Sequence record: MW630116.1
Length of the DNA stretch: 64,000 nucleotides
Direction: 5' to 3' (one strand)
Source: Escherichia phage vB_EcoM-ZQ3
Shown here piece by piece: positions 59,790 to 64,000 of this stretch (position 1 is the stretch's first letter; every line of letters begins with the position of its first letter). A program made the position numbers and the translations under genes. The notes under the pieces are model-generated. The model was not told the DNA's origin. It worked only from the letters and a program-made list of their open reading frames with translations, and made no database searches.

Positions 59790-60023
59790 TTAGAAGTCTT
59801 CTTCCTCATCCTCATCATCGTCGCCTTCAAGTTCGGCACGCTTACCTGCTAAGGCATCCCTGACAGAAATATCATCTGTATCTTTTAATTCCGTTTCTTT
59901 TATACGTTTCTTATAATAAGCTTCCAATTCTTCAAGCCCTTCTAAGGTATGACAACTAGCAATTTTACCCATGAATTCGTCAATAGATGCTTCGTATAAA
60001 AATTGTTTAAATTCAAGTACCAT
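59790..60023 (-). CDS. small acidic protein (77 aa), UvsW.1-like
   Basis: ORF track; highly acidic C-terminus (EGDDDEDEEEDF); immediately downstream of uvsW on the same strand. Confidence 0.6.
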   Translation of the reverse strand: MVLEFKQFLYEASIDEFMGKIASCHTLEGLEELEAYYKKRIKETELKDTDDISVRDALAGKRAELEGDDDEDEEEDF

Positions 60024-60048
60024 TTTTATCTCCTAAGGGCCGAAGCCC

Positions 60049-61563
60049 TTATAAATTAATTGTTTTCATTACATAGTTAAATTTCTCATCAGCGTAACGT
60101 TGGATACGATCAATACCGTGTTTTAACAAGTAATTAAGATGAGTATACTTCTTTTTAGTATTTAATGATTTAGGTTTTACACCTGCGTCATCGATGAGAT
60201 CCCAAACTGTAGCAATAGCTTTAGAACCATGCTTACGAAGCACGCGACCTACGGTTTGAAGTACGATAATTTTTGATTTAACACCATGGGCAAAAATAAC
60301 ATGATGAAGATTCTTGACTGAAATACCAGTAGAGAATACTCCATACGATGCGACAATAATAATGCCTTTGCCATTTTCTGCCATGACTTTAAGCGCGTTA
60401 CGTGTTTCAGTATCAACTTCACCTGATACGTAATAAACTTTTTCGTATCCAAGCTCTTTAATAGCTTCAAATATTTCTTTACCGTGTGTAACGTGTTTAA
60501 ACATTACAAAGGCGTTCTCGTCTTTCTTAGCCAATTTGACTGAAAGTTGAGCAATCCACTTTGTACGTCGTTTTAGTCCGGTAATAATTTTAACTTCTTC
60601 TTGGTATGTTTTACCTTTTAATTTAACAGTGAATTCGTCCGGATAACGAAGGAAAATACTATTAATCTTAAGCTCAGTTACCTGTCCGTCTTCCATTAAT
60701 TTAGACGTGCTAACAGGACGGAAGATTTCACCGAACATACCTACATACTGCATTACATTGGCTTTTCCATCTCTTAATGAGCCAGATAAACCGAATTTAA
60801 ACATGCAATTATTTAATCCCGAGATGATTGAAGAAATACTTTTGCCTGTTGCTAAGTGGCATTCATCATTCATCATCATACCGAACTGAGAGAACCATTC
60901 TTTAGGCTGCTTAACTACGGTTTGCCATGTGCCAACAATAATTGGAGCATCGTTTTTAGATTTGTCTGCTTTATCAGCACCACCACCAATTTTCTTAATC
61001 ATCGAATGGCTAAACAAGCGATAATCAACAAAATCATTAGCCATCTGGGTTGTCAATGCTGTTGTAGGGACGATAATGAGAATTTTACCTTCATAGTTCT
61101 CTAGATAATATCGAGCTAAAAGTGCTTGGATTAGTGATTTACCTGCTGATGTCGGAAGGTTTAAAATTCGACGACGATTAACTAGTCCTTCATATACTGC
61201 ATCTTTTTGATACCAATGTGGTTCGATTTTGGAGTTGCCTGAATAAATTTCTTGTTTAGAAAGCCATGCGTCAAAATCTTCCCTGGTAAGGTCTTCGGTC
61301 TCAAAGATTTTAGGGTCAATCCATACAGAATAACTCATATTGTTACAGAACTTTTTTATTTGTCCTACAAGTCCATATGGTAACAAACGATTGTAATCTA
61401 AAAGTCGAATTCTACCATCCCAGTTCCCATATTTGTAACGCGGGTTGAATTTGTACCCATCGGCTTCAAAGCTAAAAAAGTCACGAAGTTCGTAAAACGT
61501 ACTTTCGTCGCATTCAATGCGCACGTGACTAAAATCATAAAAATGTACTTTAATGTCAGTCAT
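60049..61563 (-). CDS. uvsW: UvsW DNA/RNA helicase (SF2)
   Basis: 504-aa ORF (T4 UvsW about 503 aa) with helicase motifs (LNLPTSAGKS Walker A; DECH box). Confidence 0.88.
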   Translation of the reverse strand: MTDIKVHFYDFSHVRIECDESTFYELRDFFSFEADGYKFNPRYKYGNWDGRIRLLDYNRLLPYGLVGQIKKFCNNMSYSVWIDPKIFETEDLTREDFDAWLSKQEIYSGNSKIEPHWYQKDAVYEGLVNRRRILNLPTSAGKSLIQALLARYYLENYEGKILIIVPTTALTTQMANDFVDYRLFSHSMIKKIGGGADKADKSKNDAPIIVGTWQTVVKQPKEWFSQFGMMMNDECHLATGKSISSIISGLNNCMFKFGLSGSLRDGKANVMQYVGMFGEIFRPVSTSKLMEDGQVTELKINSIFLRYPDEFTVKLKGKTYQEEVKIITGLKRRTKWIAQLSVKLAKKDENAFVMFKHVTHGKEIFEAIKELGYEKVYYVSGEVDTETRNALKVMAENGKGIIIVASYGVFSTGISVKNLHHVIFAHGVKSKIIVLQTVGRVLRKHGSKAIATVWDLIDDAGVKPKSLNTKKKYTHLNYLLKHGIDRIQRYADEKFNYVMKTINL

Positions 61564-61592
61564 GTCAAATTACCATGTAATAAATATAGTTA

Positions 61593-61600
61593 TATTTATA
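61593..61600 (-). promoter_or_regulatory. late promoter TATAAATA for uvsW
   Basis: Plus strand tatttata at 61593-61600 is TATAAATA on the minus strand, about 30 nt upstream of the uvsW start. Confidence 0.55.
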
Positions 61601-61613
61601 ATGAGGAAATACC

Positions 61614-62282
61614 ATGATCGATAAAGACTATATTGAAGAGTTACGTGCTCTTTCTGATAAAAAGGAAGCCAAAGCTAAACTGTTTGAATATGCGGAACAA
61701 TTTGGCATTAGTGTTAAGAAAACAAAATCATTCGATAATATTGTTATTGATATCGAAGAAGCTCTTAACGCACTGGCTGATGAACCATTACCTGAAACTG
61801 ATGGATTATCTATCACCGATTTAATTACTGCCGCAGATGATGTAGACGGTGTTAATTTCACCAACGAAGAAGTTAAAGAAGAAGCTATTCTGTTGTTTGA
61901 TTCTCCAACAGAACAAGTTGAAGTATTAGAAGTTGTCGAACAAGAAAAAGAATTCGACCATGATAAATTCGAAGAAGCAATTACTCAGGTTATTGAATCA
62001 GAAAAAGAGCCCGAGGCAGAGGTAAATAAAGAAGTAAAATTTGTTCTGCCTGAAAATTTTAGTCCTACACTCATTAAATTAGGCAAAAGCCCGGGATATG
62101 TTACTGTTCCTTGGTGGATTTATCAATGGATAGCCGAAACGCCTGATTGGAAATCTCGCCCAACTAGTTTTGTGCATGCTTCTGCTCACCAAACATTATT
62201 TAGCTTAATTTATTATATTAATCGCGATGGATCAGTTCTAATTCGTGAATCTCGTAATTCTTCTTTCGTAACATTAAAATAA
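61614..62282 (+). CDS. inh: probable Inh (inhibitor of prohead protease), by size and synteny
   Basis: 222-aa ORF (T4 Inh about 226 aa) immediately upstream of hoc. Confidence 0.6.
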   Translation: MIDKDYIEELRALSDKKEAKAKLFEYAEQFGISVKKTKSFDNIVIDIEEALNALADEPLPETDGLSITDLITAADDVDGVNFTNEEVKEEAILLFDSPTEQVEVLEVVEQEKEFDHDKFEEAITQVIESEKEPEAEVNKEVKFVLPENFSPTLIKLGKSPGYVTVPWWIYQWIAETPDWKSRPTSFVHASAHQTLFSLIYYINRDGSVLIRESRNSSFVTLK

Positions 62283-62291
62283 GGATAACTT

Positions 62292-63422
62292 ATGGCTTTT
62301 ACAGTTGATATAACTCCTAAAACCCCTACTGGAGTTATAGATGAGACTAAGCAGTTTACTGCTACTCCCAGTGGTGAAACTGGAGGTGGAACTATTACCT
62401 ATGCATGGAGTGTAGACGGTGCTCCTCAAGTAGGATCGGCAGAAACTTTTGATTATGTGTTAAAAGGACCTGCTGGAACAAAAACAATTAAAGTTGTTGC
62501 AACAAATACTATTCCTGACTCTGAAGCTGAAACAGCTGAAATTAGTACAACTATTACAGTTCAAAACAAGACACAGACAACTACCTTGGCAGTAACTCCC
62601 AATAGTCCTGCTGCTGGAGTAATTGGAACCCCGGTTCAATTTACTGCTGCATTAGCTTCTCAACCTGACGGAGCGTCTGCTACGTATCAGTGGTATGTAG
62701 ATGATTCACAAGTTGGTGGAGAAACTAACTCTACATTTAGCTATACTCCAACTACAAGTGGAGTAAAAAGAATTAAATGCGTAGCCCAAGTAACTGCAGA
62801 AAATTACAATGAAAAGGAAGTTACTTCGAATGAAGTATCATTGACAGTTAATAAGAAGACAATGAATCCACAGGTTACATTGACTCCTCCTTCTATTAAC
62901 GTTCAGCAAGATGCTTCGGCTACATTTACTGCTAATGTTACTGGCGCACCTGAAGCAGCACAAATTACTTACTCATGGAAGAAAGATTCTTCTCCTGTAG
63001 AAGGGTCAACTAACGTATATACTGTCGATACCTCATCTGTTGGAAGTCAAACTATTGAAGTTACTGCAACTATTACTGCAACTGATTACGATAGCAAAAC
63101 TATTACAGCAGAAGGTCAAGTTCAGGTAACTGATAAAGTTGCTCCAGAACCAGAAGGTGAACTACCTTATGTTCATCCTCTTCCACATCGCACTTCAGCT
63201 TATATCTGGTGCGGTTGGTGGGTTATGGATGAAATCCAAAAAATGACTGAAGAAGGTAAAGATTGGAAAACTGAAGATCCGGATAGTAAATACTACCTGC
63301 ATCGTTACACTCTTCAGAAGATGTTGAAAGACTATCCAGAAGTTGATGTTCAAGAATCACGTAATGGATACATCATCCATAAAACTGCTTTGGAAACTGG
63401 TATCATCTATACCTATCCATAA
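62292..63422 (+). CDS. hoc: Hoc highly immunogenic outer capsid protein (Ig-like domains)
   Basis: 376-aa ORF (T4 Hoc 376 aa); repeated Ig-like segments (TITYAWSVDG..., ATYQWYVDDS..., QITYSWKKDS...). Confidence 0.85.
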   Translation: MAFTVDITPKTPTGVIDETKQFTATPSGETGGGTITYAWSVDGAPQVGSAETFDYVLKGPAGTKTIKVVATNTIPDSEAETAEISTTITVQNKTQTTTLAVTPNSPAAGVIGTPVQFTAALASQPDGASATYQWYVDDSQVGGETNSTFSYTPTTSGVKRIKCVAQVTAENYNEKEVTSNEVSLTVNKKTMNPQVTLTPPSINVQQDASATFTANVTGAPEAAQITYSWKKDSSPVEGSTNVYTVDTSSVGSQTIEVTATITATDYDSKTITAEGQVQVTDKVAPEPEGELPYVHPLPHRTSAYIWCGWWVMDEIQKMTEEGKDWKTEDPDSKYYLHRYTLQKMLKDYPEVDVQESRNGYIIHKTALETGIIYTYP

Positions 63423-63427
63423 TCGTA

Positions 63428-63455
63428 AGGGGCTTCGGCCCCTTTCTTCGTTTTT
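63428..63455 (+). terminator. rho-independent terminator (aggggcttcggcccct + T-rich)
   Basis: 6-bp stem with UUCG loop followed by ttcttcgttttt. Confidence 0.65.
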
Positions 63456-63521
63456 AAAGCATACAAAACACATCTTGAGATTGATGTATAATGGCACAAA
63501 CCAAATAATACAGGATTGATT

Positions 63522-63716
63522 ATGAGAGCTGAAGTTGAAGTTTATACATTACATGAGGCGGGATTTTCATTCGTAGAAATTGCTCAAAAAATCGGTTTAC
63601 AACCTAAAGAAGTTGGATTACTATGGACTAAAGCCGAGACAGCTCGGTCAAAGTTTAAAGCAAAAGAAAAAGTTGTATACCGTAAACGTTTTATTAACAA
63701 AAAGGTGAAGAAATGA
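63522..63716 (+). CDS. hypothetical small basic protein (64 aa)
   Basis: ATG 63522 inside ORF-track entry 63516..63716; preceded by tgtataat -10-like element. Confidence 0.45.
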   Translation: MRAEVEVYTLHEAGFSFVEIAQKIGLQPKEVGLLWTKAETARSKFKAKEKVVYRKRFINKKVKK

Positions 63717-63964
63717 GTTTTGCACAGGAATTAAGAGAAAGGGCGCTGGCCACTAAAGCCAATTTGTTGAAAGATTTTATTACTAACTTCTCTGTGATGG
63801 CAGAGAAAGCCGCTGACAAAGGCCAGACACAATTTACATACTATCCGTCAAAGAATGATTTAACTATCACCGAGCAAATCGACCAGTGGTTCCGTGATAA
63901 CGGCTTTCAGTACAAAATTAATCACGACCAGCGTGATGGGCACTGGATAGAAATCAAGTTCTAG
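63713..63964 (+). CDS. hypothetical protein (83 aa)
   Basis: ORF track; start overlaps previous stop. Confidence 0.5.
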   Translation: MSFAQELRERALATKANLLKDFITNFSVMAEKAADKGQTQFTYYPSKNDLTITEQIDQWFRDNGFQYKINHDQRDGHWIEIKF

Positions 63965-64000
63965 TATGCTTTACATTTTTTGATGGTATAATGAATCTAG

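Overview
This window is a densely packed, AT-rich segment of a T4-like (Tevenvirinae) myovirus genome, in reverse orientation relative to the conventional T4 map. Gene calls rest on reading the ORF translations, recalled similarity to T4 proteins, protein length and T4 synteny; no database search was run. Plus-strand early/middle genes run: gene 39 (topoisomerase II large subunit, fused 39+60 form), rIIA, rIIB, ndd, gene 52, motA, asiA. A minus-strand late block follows: holin t and tail-fibre genes 38, 37, 36, 35, 34. The plus strand resumes with rnh, dsbA, 33, 59, 32, frd, td, nrdA/nrdB, denA, rnlA, alc, spanins, pseT, cd, 31, rIII, DNA ligase 30 and alt. A second minus-strand late block holds baseplate hub genes 54, 48, 29, 28, 27, 51, then 26, 25, uvsY (plus), uvsW (minus), inh and hoc. 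The most unusual observations are: (1) nrdA is split into two ORFs by a free-standing HNH homing endonuclease gene inserted at the active-site coding region; (2) a complete class I DAHP synthase gene (aromatic amino acid pathway) sits immediately upstream of, and overlapping, cd; (3) pseT (polynucleotide kinase) is broken by a frameshift in an A-run; (4) a roughly 365-nt ORF-poor, GC-richer region lies downstream of rIII; (5) a 366-aa ORF of unknown function with weak glycosyltransferase-like character sits between gene 39 and rIIA; (6) a family of repeated early-promoter cassettes carries dyad symmetry around the -10 element, one pair near motA being an almost exact duplicate. CUUCGG-type hairpins are abundant. 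td and nrdB are intron-free, and no tRNA genes or CRISPR arrays were found.
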